Assembly (NCBI GenBank): GCA_002269645.1
Contig: NIVC01002184.1
Coordinates: forward strand, 1 to 64,000
From: Macrostomum lignano
Taxonomy: Eukaryota
Reading direction: 5' to 3'
DNA length: 64,000 nt
Shown: positions 1 to 14,100 of the stretch, piece by piece
Layout of the letters: every line of letters starts with the position of its first letter
Position numbering within the stretch: position 1 is the stretch's first letter
Program-made: the position numbers and the translations under genes
The notes under the pieces: generated by a model
Database searches by the model: none
What the model was told of the DNA's origin: nothing
The model's input: only the letters and a program-made list of their open reading frames with translations

Positions 1-1019
1 AAGCCAAGGAAATTCCGTGGAAATACCGATTTTCGAGAGTACTACAATAAACTCATTGCTTTCCATAACCCTTTCAATTACAATTTAGGAAAGGAGCAGA
101 GTACGTAGCTAGGATTGGACAACGAAAGGACTGAGTAGGGATAATGTTGGGGTTCAGCCTTGAAAGTCTTTGACTGTCGGGCGTTCGAGCAAAGAAACTA
201 TCGCTTAAGTTCTACTTTCCTTTCACTGGCTTCGTGCACGTCGTGCCAAGACATTTTATACGCCCTCAAACTGGATGTCAATCCTACACGGACAGAGAGA
301 AGCTTTCTAGGGATCATTAAATGCACTTGATCTCTACTGAGTTTTATGGTTGATAAGCAAAGTTTTTGGCCTGAAATGTCTTAACGAACTTATCGTAGCG
401 CTGATGTAGAATAATTAGACTCAGAGGTCAAAGCTATGAATTAAAAGTACATTTGTTCGTCGCCGGCTGCCTGGCGTGGTTTATAAGTGCAAAATTTGAC
501 TAGAAATAGCAGAATTGAGATACTTGAATGAATTATTTCGCTTTCTAGTCCCACTAAAACTTTACATTTTTATATTATCCAGGCCCTAGAACGAGTGCAC
601 TCTACAATAATAGTACATGTATGAGAGAGTAAACAGGACGGTATCTTATACGCGGTACTTTAGCCTATAATCACGAAACAGAAAACCCGCAGCAATTCCA
701 TGACTATGCGTTGCGACCTAATTTTAAACCATGAATATAGCCCATTTTTGCACATAAAAGTGCCAGAAATTTACGTTTTAATAACTTGGTCTGATAAGTA
801 GAGTCGAAAATGCGCTCAAACAACAACAGAAACTGTGTTGCGATGACACGAACTTTGGATTTTGTAATTTATTTATTTCTGCAAATATTCTGCGGATGGT
901 CAACTTGTTCTGAATTTTTTTATTATTAACATGGCTGCTTAGCGACACTGAAAATTAGAACACGTGTCATATGTTCCCCTCTAATAATCAGAACATTAGC
1001 AGAACAAGGTAGTACTTTG

Positions 1020-2170
1020 TAAATAATAAAGGAGGCAATTCCACGGAAATTCCACGGCCATTCCATTCAACATTTCAAACACACTCCTCATACTCTTCAA
1101 TATAAAAACTGAGGAGCACGAGAATTGCCCTCAGACGAATTGCGCCGCCGAGATTGGCCGCAGATCTGGGGCAGATTTTGTCTGAATTGCCACCTAATGC
1201 TTAGTAATTCTTAGTAAAGAGATCCGGGCTCGTCTTACGAGGCTCGTAAAGAGATGCAATTTACTATCGAAATGTTTTGATTGGTAAATCTCTTTATGAA
1301 GACTTCTAAGCAGTGAGGTCATGTAGAGACTGTCTCGCGCTGCAGGAATGCGCTGCAGGAAAAAGCATTGGCGGGCAAAACTCGGCGGGCACCTCTCACC
1401 CGAGCTCATCACAGACCTCGTAAAGAAGGCAATTCCACGGAAATTCCATGGCTATTCAACACATCAACACTGTATAAAAACTGTGACCTAAAATTGCTAA
1501 TACAAAACAACAGAAATGCAGAATGCCCGAATTATACACACACCTCTCACCCGAGCTCATCACAGGCCTTGTAAAGAAGGCAATTCCACGGAAATTCCAC
1601 GGAAATTCCATGGCTATCTAACAACTCCAACATACTTTAATATAAAAATTGTGATTATACATTTGCTTATGCAAAACAGCAGAAATACAGAACGCCCGAA
1701 CCCTACGCACTTCTCATCCGAGTAATCTCCGACCTTTGTAAGAAGGCGTACCCGAGAAATTCCAAAGCAATCTAACACTCCGACACTGAATAATAACTGA
1801 TTTAAAACTACCAATGCAAAACATCAGAAATGCAGAATGCCAGAACCATACACGCACTTCTCACCCGAACTCATCTAACCTGACTAACACCACCTCCACC
1901 TCAGCCTAACAGCAATTTTATTTATGCAAAACATCAGAAATGAGAATGCTTGAACCATCAACGCACTTGTTACCTCAGCTAATCTTAGACTTGTAAAGAA
2001 GGCAATTCCACGGAAATTCCATAGCTATTCACACACTGTGAATAATAACTGTGACTTAAAACTACTATGCTACACACCAGAAATGCAGAATGCTTAAACC
2101 GTACACGCACCCTGAGCCCTCGTCTCAGACACTACTAACTTCACCTCCACCTCAGCCTCACACAGCGATC
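1020..2170. repeat. Degenerate ~150-170 bp tandem repeat in an ACSF3-like intron
   Basis: Core GTAAAGAAGGCAATTCCACGGAAATTCC recurs at ~1027, 1420, 1571, 1738 and 1993, each followed by similar AC-rich spacers (CAGAAATGCAGAATGC, CTCTCACCCGAGCTCATC). Confidence 0.75.
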
Positions 2171-2185
2171 TCACATGCAGCTCAC

Positions 2186-4390
<2,205 letters not shown>

Positions 4391-7140
4391 TTGACAGCTA
4401 CATTGGGAGTTCAAGACAAATTACTTTAATTAGGCGGAAGAAAAAAAGGGAAAAAACATTGCGGGCGAAGTTGGTTCTATTTATTCAATTTGTGGTTAGT
4501 ATGGAGGCAAATCCGCGGCAATTCCTCGGGTATTCCTGGAGGACAATACAAATACAACAGTGCTGTGTCAGACCATAATTGGCAGCGAAAAAAACTTTTA
4601 TCAATTGTTTTGCAACTGTGGTTTGCTACAAATGATGAAAGTTACATTTAAAAGCTTACTGAGTTCATAAGAAGCACAATTTCCGCTTATTCAATCCTTT
4701 TATACATGAACGAATGCTCTTATTCTCAACAGATTATAGCTAGTTAGAGTAAGTTAAGTTATTCCATTTGGGAATTAGACTATCCACCTATTAACCTCTG
4801 AGATTCTGCAGAGTTCAATGTGCATTTAGACGGACTCCAGACGGATTTATGTAAGCTCATGATTTTTTAAATATAATTTCTGTGGAAATTCCATGGCAAT
4901 TCCATGGATTAGCCAAAATATACTATAGTAAATGTTCCAATTCTATCACATTCAGGATTGCAACGTTTTTTTCTATAGGCCCCTGTCGAATAATTGCACT
5001 GTATAAACGTGACTAATGCTGCACGTGAAAGACTCAGTGTAAAGCACCTGAGCTTAGACTCAGTGTAAAGCACCTGAGCTTACATGTGATACGTATTTAA
5101 TTAACCAGTTAATTCCTTACCCTCTAGGATCATTAAGAGTTGAAAATTGCTGAAACTATGCAGAATAAGTGTCTTAAAAAATTATCATTACTCTTAATCT
5201 GACTTTCATTTAGAAAAAAAATTGCGAGTACTTGGTTAGAGTGCAGGTGAAAGAATAGTGACTTTTTTTGCCTAAAACGAAACTCCAGAATAAAAGTTGT
5301 TTTGTATCTCCTGCCTGACCAAGTCGGTCCACGTGGTTGTACCTTGTATAGGTAAATCCACGGAAAAGCCGTGCAATTGGTGGGTTAGGATTGTACAGCG
5401 GCGGCCTTATGGCTGTCGCGTCTGCGAGTCTTCACCATAGCTACTACCTAGCACCAACGGTAGTTTTCAAGCTACGCATTTTTGTTTGCAGGTTGACTTG
5501 TAGCGATAAACAGAAGTCCACACTTTTATAACTTGTATTCGTTTGAGCTGTCAATTACAGCGATTTCAACGTACGCGAGATGTTGGCAAAGCTATTGTAC
5601 TAATGGAATTCACTGCGATTCTTTCGAATTTCTTCTACTTGCTCCGCTATGACTGCGCTCACTACTTTTAAGTAGGAGAATAAGAAGATTAAGTTCAAAA
5701 CATCTTCTAGACTTCCGACAACTTCGATCTGACCATTGGGGGCGGTAATCTGATCCTAATTTGGAAGGCAATTTTATGACGAGACAATCGGTTGTCTAAA
5801 GACTATTATTTCATTAACTGGCCTCTTTTAACTAGTCTTTTAACTACTCCTAATTACGGAAAATCAAGAAGATTGAAGTGGCTCTCTGTATAAATTTTGT
5901 TTATCTCAAATTTGGCTGCCTTGTTGAAGCAAATTTTCGTCATTACTTGCATTCATCTCTCTTTTACCGCGTCACAGTCCCAGACAGGCTGGCAGTGAAA
6001 TGAGCTGCTTGGTTGTATTAACAGCGCCTGTGGGCAAAAGGTGCGAATTGCGATGGTTTATAAAACGACCTACCGCTCCCTTCAAACCCCTGAGCTCTCG
6101 GCTCGGACGGGTTGGAGAGCAGCGCGATGTTGAACTCAACTCCGGTGTCGCCGCTTCCGCAGTACGCATTCTATGAGAGGCTGGTTTCCCTGCTGCAGCT
6201 GAAATGCTTGAGCAAGGGGCCGAACAGCTCGGTAGCCTGCGCAGTCTCCAGCATTATCGGTGTCTTCTGCGGCTGTCTGGTCCCTCTCGAGCAGGCAATT
6301 GCAGGGTTGGATAAAATTGCATGGAAATAGGGAGCAGCTTCGGGAGCACCAGAATGCATGATGCGGACAAAACTACATGCAAAAATAATTCAGAATTTCT
6401 CGGTTGATATTTGATATGCCAAAAAACTACTAGTAGTATTATGCATCGTGTTTAAAATTTTCTGATTCGGCTAAACACACAGCAGGTGAGAATTGCATAC
6501 AAATTGCTCACAGTACTGCTTACACATTCCCTATGATTTGGAAACAGCTCAAGAAATAAAAACCCGAGAGCCTTGCCCCGACCGTACACGTTATTTTTAC
6601 ACGTTTTTTGTAGTCAACAAAATTACTAAAAATTTAGAGGACTGTGTCTGTTGGAGTGCTCGTTTGCTCGATAACTTCTGAACAGCTGGCTGGTTCAAAC
6701 TTGACCTGGTGGGCTCTGTGCGGTGTAACAAACTCGGGCATGTTATTATAAGCTATTAAATTTCATCTGGGATCTTTAAATACCGGTATGTTTTAACTGA
6801 GTCAGACATCTGAGACTTCAAAATTTATTCAATGGACACTAGACAAAGGGGAGGCAGGGTGCTCAAAATTTGATCATTAAAATTCAAACTTGCTTACGAA
6901 GAACTTGCTAAATAACAGAGCTTATATTAGGGTCTACCTCACTGATCTTACATGTAAACTAATCACTAATGTCCATTTCACTTTTTAAATACATTGCATT
7001 GTTGCTAACTTGCTACACCTTTAAAGTACAAATTTGAAGGTTGACATCCATGTCATCAAGGGATACTGAAACTTGAGTGTATCCTGGAAAAAGATACCAC
7101 TTAATCTGGACACTATTACTACAGCCTGCCCATCTAGTCG

Positions 7141-7398
7141 GACACTATTACATGCACTTTGCTCCAATATAGCTGGCCCATCTATTCGGACACTATTACA
7201 TGCACTTTGCTCCAATATAGCTGGCCCATCTATTCAGACACTATTACATGCACTTTGCTCCAATATAGCTGGCCCATCTATTCGGACACTATTACATGCA
7301 CTTTGCTCCAATATAGCTGGCCCATCTATTCAGACACTATTACATGCACTTTGCTCCAATATAGCTGGCCCATCTATTCGGACACTATTACATGCACT
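7141..7398. repeat. 48-bp tandem repeat, ~5.4 copies
   Basis: Unit GACACTATTACATGCACTTTGCTCCAATATAGCTGGCCCATCTATTC(G/A). The G and A variants alternate, giving a 96-bp higher-order period. Confidence 0.95.
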
Positions 7399-8021
7399 TA
7401 ATATTTGTTAAATGATAAGAACTATGAACAGGTCGTATTTGAACTATTCATTCTGGGCTTTCTATTTCGCATGTATTGTAAGAGATTTTATTCTTATTTG
7501 ACACAAGAGTTTTTTCATTCTTTTAATGTGTTTGTATCGAAGCTGTACAGTACAAATAATAAAAAATAAAAGTTTCAAATATTTACATAGCGAAAAGCAA
7601 TAGAGATAGGCAGAAAGATAAATGAAAAACAAAAAATTGGAAAGAGCAAAAGCAAGCAAACAGAAAAGCAAAAATGCAAAAACTAAGTAAGAAAGAGAGC
7701 AAAAGGATAGACCGTTTGTAGGAAGAAAATTTTACAATGCTTTGCAAACACTGAAGCAAAATTTAGTGATCAGGGGCAGGTAAAATTTAGTTATTTACAG
7801 TGAGCTAAAAATTAAACGGACAATTGAAAAGTTTATAGAAAATTCGAAAAGGTTCATTAGTTAAGTAGTAATCTAAATAGTTAGATTATTTAAAATACAA
7901 ATTTTTAAAAGCTATTATACGTACTTTATGTGACTATGGTATGTAAAACTATTATACGCACACGTATATTATTATATCATTATAACCCGAAGAGTCTTAA
8001 AAACTGAAAAACTTACTCTTT

Positions 8022-8168
8022 TTATAGCGGCCGAAACGATTTTATCAACGATACGGGCCCGGCACGCCGATACGCATCCGTGTGAACCTGGTAGTGTGCC
8101 ATGGCAACCTCGGTGCTGTGGTTCAGGCGGTTACCAAGGACTTTCAGGTCGTGTCCTTCCAGTAGACC
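8022..8168 (-). CDS. YR gene terminal exon (box II His/Tyr)
   Basis: Acceptor TTATAG| then GLLEGHDLKVLGNRLNHSTEVAMAHYQVHTDAYRRAGPVSLIKSFRPL*, phase 0 with the preceding exon. NHS...HY fits the YR C-terminal His and nucleophile Tyr. Confidence 0.8.
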   Translation of the reverse strand, partial: GLLEGHDLKVLGNRLNHSTEVAMAHYQVHTDAYRRAGPVSLIKSFRPL

Positions 8169-11100
8169 CTATAATTTTTTATTGTTTCATTAAAGAAACT
8201 TATAAACTGTCGCCTTTTTTCTTCAAGATAAATAAGTGACCTGATGACGCTAAATGTGACTGAATTGCTGAATGAGTGAACAGGGGGATCGGCAGAGTGA
8301 ACGCATTGCTGAATGAGTGAACAGGTGATCGGGAGAGTGAACAGGTGATCGGGAGAGTGAACGCATTGCTGAATGAGTGAACAGGTGATCGGGAGAGTGA
8401 GTGCATTGCTGAATGAGTGAACAGGTGATCGGGAGAGTGAGTGCATTGCTGAATGAGTGAACAGGTGATCGGGAGAGTGAGTGCATTGCTGAATGAGTGA
8501 ACAGGTGATCGGGAGAGTGAACGCATTGCTGAATGAGTGAACAGGTGATCGGTAGAGTGAACGCTTTGCTGAATGAGTGAACAGGTGATCGGGAGAGTGA
8601 ACGCATTGCTGAATGAGTGAACAGGTGATCGGGAGAGTGAACGCTTTGCTGAATGAGTGAACAGGTGATCGGGAGAGTGAACGCATTGCTGAATGAGTGA
8701 ACAGGTGATCGGTAGAGTGAACAGGTGATCGGGAGAGTGAGTGCATTGCTGAATGAGTGAACAGGTGATCGGGAGAGTGAGTGCATTGCTGAATGAGTGA
8801 ACAGGTGATCGGGAGAGTGAGTGCATTGCTGAATGAGTGAATAGGTGATCGGGAGAGTGAACAGGTGATCGGGAGAGTGAGTGCATTGCTGAATGAGTGA
8901 ATAGGTGATCGGGAGAGTGAACAGGTGATCGGAGAGTGAGTGCATTGCTAAATGAGTGAATAGATGACTGGGAAAGTGAATGCATTGTTGAATGAGTGAA
9001 CCCTTATTGCCTAAGAATGTGACTAAGTCAGAGAATAGGCAAAATTATATTGTCGTTTAGACGAAAGTGTAGAAACTTACCCTAGTCTCGACAAATTTGC
9101 GGAAGTCTGTGTGTGTGACGCCACTGAGAATCGGGTTGAACTTTTCTCTGTAAGCCGCAAATAGTCTGCCGAAATCGCCATAGGGAATTCGAAGCAGAGG
9201 CTCCGTAGGGCCTTCTTTGACACGTTCTTCAACGACCCGCTGGAGCAGCTGGCGACACTCGCTCACGTTTATCTTGGCGGAGCCGTATTCGGAGTCCGTC
9301 TTGTGGCTTTCCACCTGAAGAAAGGGACGTTTTGCTGTCGTTACAATTTCGAAATAATGTAACTTAATTAGGTTTGTTACTGATATAGAACAGTTTGTCG
9401 TCATTAACAATGAATGGTTTTTTATTAGTTAGGTTGATGACTGAGTACACGGTTAGAGGTAAAGACAGTAGGCCTGAATAAAGTCAGTGGGAAGATGGCG
9501 GCAGGATGCTAATTGGTTTTCTGGTCATTCCTAACGGAAGTTTAGCACTTGATAAAAATTCTGGTCATTATTTCCACTCACCTTTAGTTCCTTGTCGGGA
9601 TCCTCGAGCCATCTGATGCCGTCCGCGACCGTACAATTAACAACGTCTTTAAGTTTGCTCTTAAAAGTCTAAAAATGTTTAATAAATACTTTAGTGAAAC
9701 CCTACGAGGACATCGCTAGCTCCAGTGTAGTGTACTTCTTTAAAAATAATTTTTTGCACTTTAATGCGAGTGATTGTAACATGTTAAATTTGCTTACCCT
9801 GCGGCGAGCCTCGTAAACTTTCTTTCTTCGAAGGTAGTATTTCATCCACAGGGTGCAGCACGCGCCGAAACTTTCTAAATCAAGTTGGAGCCCAGAAGCA
9901 GCAACGTCTTGCAACCTATAGGCTCGCAGAAACGTAGCCACCTTCTGCAGGACGCTGACTGTTTCCTTCAGCGGACCGAAGCTCTGAGCCGGCAAATATT
10001 CGTTGATCTAACAACAATTAGGTAATAAAAATAACTATTTGAATCACAAAACAAAAATGCACTGCTGAAAAACCACATAACCGTGATAGCTGGCTAGTTA
10101 TGACAAAATATATGAACAGGTGACTGGGACAGTGAATGAATTGGTGAATGAGTGAACAGGTGACTGGGACAGTGAATGAATTGGTGAATGAGTGAACAGG
10201 TGACTACGGGGTACTGCGGGCCGGCCACCGGCGGAGGGGAACCTAGGGAGGGCGAGGCTGCTGTTGGGCCGAAAGGAACCACAGCAACCCCTGCCCCCCA
10301 GGATACAACCCCCGCTGGTGAGCCACCCAGTATACCTGCTACAAGCGCGGCCGGGCCTTCGGGAACCGCCGCCACCAACTACGCCTCAAAGGTCAAGCTC
10401 CAACCGGCGGTCATCGTCTTCGGGGAAGAGCAGGACCTCACGGCCGACGAGCTCGACAGTGCCTGGTGCACCATCGATGCTGCGCTCATCGACCAGCTCC
10501 TGGCGGGCCGCCCTGTGAGCGTGGTCAAGTCTGCCAAGACCGACGGCTGCATCTTCATCTGGTGCAGCTCGGAGGAGAGCAGCCGCAATCTACGCGAGCT
10601 TCTGCCAAAGCTGAACTGGCCCAAGAAGCTCGGCAAGCTCGTCTTCGCTAGCGAGGGCGAACGACAAAAGACCCAGCGCTTTCGCGTCTGGATCCCGGCC
10701 GGCAGTGCCATTAAGTCCGGAGATCAGCTTAGGCAAAAATTGCTAAAGCTGCACCCCACCTTGAGGTCAACGGGCTCCTACACCACGCCACTTCCCGCAA
10801 GGAGAAGGGGGCTACGGTGATCCTAGGGCTCTCTGATGACTGGGCTAAGCGCTTTCCGCCTAAGCCACAATTCATATTGGTCTGACTCAGCTGACCATCC
10901 TCCGCTGCGAGGAGCGGAAAGCTGATGAAGCCAAGAATGCCAAGGCTTCCGAAACCGGAACTGGGGCCCGGGCTCCTCCGGCAAAGAAGCCGAGGCAAAC
11001 GGCCGATCCTATGCCCGGTAAGGCAGTTCGCGCTGCTGAAACCGGAAATCGCAATCGCAGACCCGCCAGGAGCACCCGGAGGTCCGGCCTGATCCAGCGC

Positions 11101-14100
11101 GCGCTGGACCAGGCCAAGAACCTTCGTGCGCATCGTGAGCGGGCCCGCGCTTCTCGCGCTCCACCCCAACAGCCAGAAGGCCAGACTCTAAGCGGGGAGG
11201 CTCCGACCGACTGGTTCGAGTCTGTGACTCACCAGGAGGCTGGCGCCACCCGCATCGACCTGACCGACGAGGCAAAGGGGACGGGCAGTGACAGCACCGA
11301 AGCACGCAGGGGAGGCGACGGTAACGTCCACGCTGGGCTCACGTCCGCGGAGGACTCCACAGCCACCCTAACTGCTGAGGACGCTGAAACTCCCATGGAG
11401 GTCTGCGGGTCACCCACCACTGAAAAGGAGGAGGATGACCTGCTCAACGATTCCCCAACTGCGTGATAATGATCAGCAACCAGGGAATCCATTGCCTGCA
11501 GATTAATCTGCAGCACTGCGTCGCAGCCTCGGTCAACCTTATGCGTTACGCCGAGCTCGACAAGCCGGGGCTCATCCTCGTCCAGGAACCCTGGACTCTC
11601 AGAGGTAAGCCTCAAAACGCCCCTGCTGGCTACAATTGTTTTTTTTTTACTTACCCTCGCGAGGCCAACCAGCCTCCCAGAGCTTGCATCTTTGCGAGCA
11701 AAACGCTCAGTGGTGGCTCAGATCGGACCTGTCCAACAGGGACATCTGCGTCATCCAATCCGAGGACCTTCTTCCTGGGAAGACCACCCTCATTGCCTCG
11801 GTTTACCTACCAGGCGATGCTGCGGTCGTCCCCAGAGCCCTCGCTACGCTGGTAGAGCTTTGCTCTGCCAAAAACTACGAGCTAATGGTTGCCGGCGACA
11901 TCAACGCCCACCACACTCACTGGGGCAGCACTGGCATTAATCAGAGAGGCGAAGACCTCCTAGCCTACGTTGCCTCTACGACCCTCGAGTTCTGCAACTC
12001 TGGGTCCACCCCTACCTTTGACAACGGACGGTGGTCGGAGGTGATCGACGCTACGCTCGCAACGCCCAGACTCTACCAGAGTATTGGGGCGTGGCGGGTG
12101 CTTCCAGTGTCCTCACTCTCGGATCACAAGTTCATCTCCTTCAACCTAATGGCCGCGCGTAGCGCAACTCGTGCTACGTGGAGACGGAACGCCAGAAATA
12201 CTGATTGGGAAACCTTCGGGCTCGCCCTGAATTAATTCCATCGGTCTCCTGGCCAACCATCCACGATCACGTCGTGCCGAGAGGCGGATGAGTGCGCGAC
12301 TGTTTTGAAAGAGACGCTAACCGCCGCCTTTGAGGCGTCCTGCCCTTTAAAAGCCTAGAAAGGGAAAAAATCGGCGCCGTGGTGGAATCCCGAGCTCGGC
12401 AACCTCCGTCGCAGGGCTAAGAGACTCCACCGCAGAGCAACTAAAACTAAGAGCCCTGCAGACCAGACCGCCTATCATGAAGCAATTCATGAGTTTAAAA
12501 GGCAGGTTAGGAATGCAAAGGCTCAAAAATGGCGACAATACTGTGAGGAGCTAGAGGGCTCACGCCCCACCTCCAGAGTTGTGAAAGCGCTCACGCTGGA
12601 CAAAATGTCTAAGCTCTCCTCGGTCAAACGCACCGACGGTACGTCCACGGACAACCCAGAGGAAACGCTTGATGTAATGCTCACTGCGTTTTTCCCCCAA
12701 CGAGCCAGCTAACCAGACCACTCCGGATCACTCGGAGGGAGGTCACGCGCTGGCTGCCTCTATCATCACGGAGGACCGCATCGTGAGAGCGGCAAATTCC
12801 TTCAAGCCTTTCAAAGCCCCAGGACCCGACGGCATTGTACCGGCCCTCCTAAGAGAGGCGGTTGAATGCCCAGGCTTCCTGCGCAAACTTTGCAGCCTTC
12901 TTCGGGCATGCATCACGCTTGGTTATGTCCCACAGGCATGGACCGAGGCAAAGGTGATCTTAATCCCTAAGCCAGGCCGCCCGGACTACCATTCTATCAA
13001 ATCCTTCAGACCGATCAGCTTGACCTCCTCCCTGGTCAAGCTGATGGAGAGACTGGTGCTTTGGCGCCTTCTCTCTGTTGAGCTGAAGAACAAACCTCTC
13101 AGCGAGAACCAGCACGCTTTTCGGGCGGGTCGCTCCACTGAAAGCGCGCTGCACGTCCTGGTCGATAAACTCGAGAAGGCCGTGCTTGGTAATGGCTTTG
13201 CTCTGGGGATCTTCCTGGACATCATTGGCGCCTTCGATAACGTCCTCTTTGAGGCGTTCCGAAGAGCTCTTTGTGAGAGGCAAACGCACTCACATCTCAC
13301 CAGATGGATCATGTACATGATCAGCCATCGCACGGCCACCGCCAGTCTGCTGGGCTACCAGAGGACGGTCCCCGTCTGCAAAGGTAGCCCGCAAGGTGGG
13401 GTGCTGTCTCCAGTTCTCTGGAATATGGTCATCAATGAGCTCCTCCGGGATGTTCGGCCTGACCCCATTCTGAAAGTTGGATATGCGGACGATGTCACCG
13501 CGGTGGCATCTGGTCCGTCCCCTGATACCCTCAGGGACCTTCTTCAGAACTTTATCTACGCCGCTGAGCAATGGGCGGAGCGCTGTGGTTTAAGGCTCTC
13601 TGAGACTAAGACCGCAGCGATCATGTTCACCAGCAGGACCAAGTGGCGGATTCGGCCGCTCACGCTTTACGGAAGGGAAATCCCCTTCTGCAAGTAGACT
13701 AAATGTCTGGGTATTACCCTGGACCACAGGCTGAACTGGTCACCCCACGTTCAAACAAAAGCCAAAAAGGCCTTCGCAGTCCTCGCGCAATTGCGCAGGG
13801 CTGTCGGCACCACCTGGGGGCTCACCCCCAAGCGCCTCTGGTGGATCTACACTGCAATGGTTAGGCCCGCTATCTCGTATGGCGGCCTGATCTGGGCTAG
13901 CGCCCTGCAGATAAAGACCTGTCTAGAGGCTCTCAGGAGAGCGCAAGGGCGCGCATGTCGCACGATCATGAGCGCCCCTCCGTCTGCTCCTTACGATGGC
14001 CTCAACGCCTTCCTTAACATTCCTCCGCTGGACATCTTTGTCCGCAGGGAAGCGGCTAAGACTGCCCGCCGTCTAGCTGACGCTGGCACTCGAATCCAGC

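Noticed and set aside
1-1000. Further ACSF3 exons or a transposase remnant
   Set aside because: No recognisable motifs in any frame by eye.
7073-7411. Regularly spaced repeats resembling a CRISPR array; periodic ORFs
   Set aside because: Contiguous 48-bp units with no unique spacers and no cas genes, in a eukaryotic context.
8144-8985. Three long ORFs (200-261 aa)
   Set aside because: They are translations of the 40-bp minisatellite inside a YR intron.
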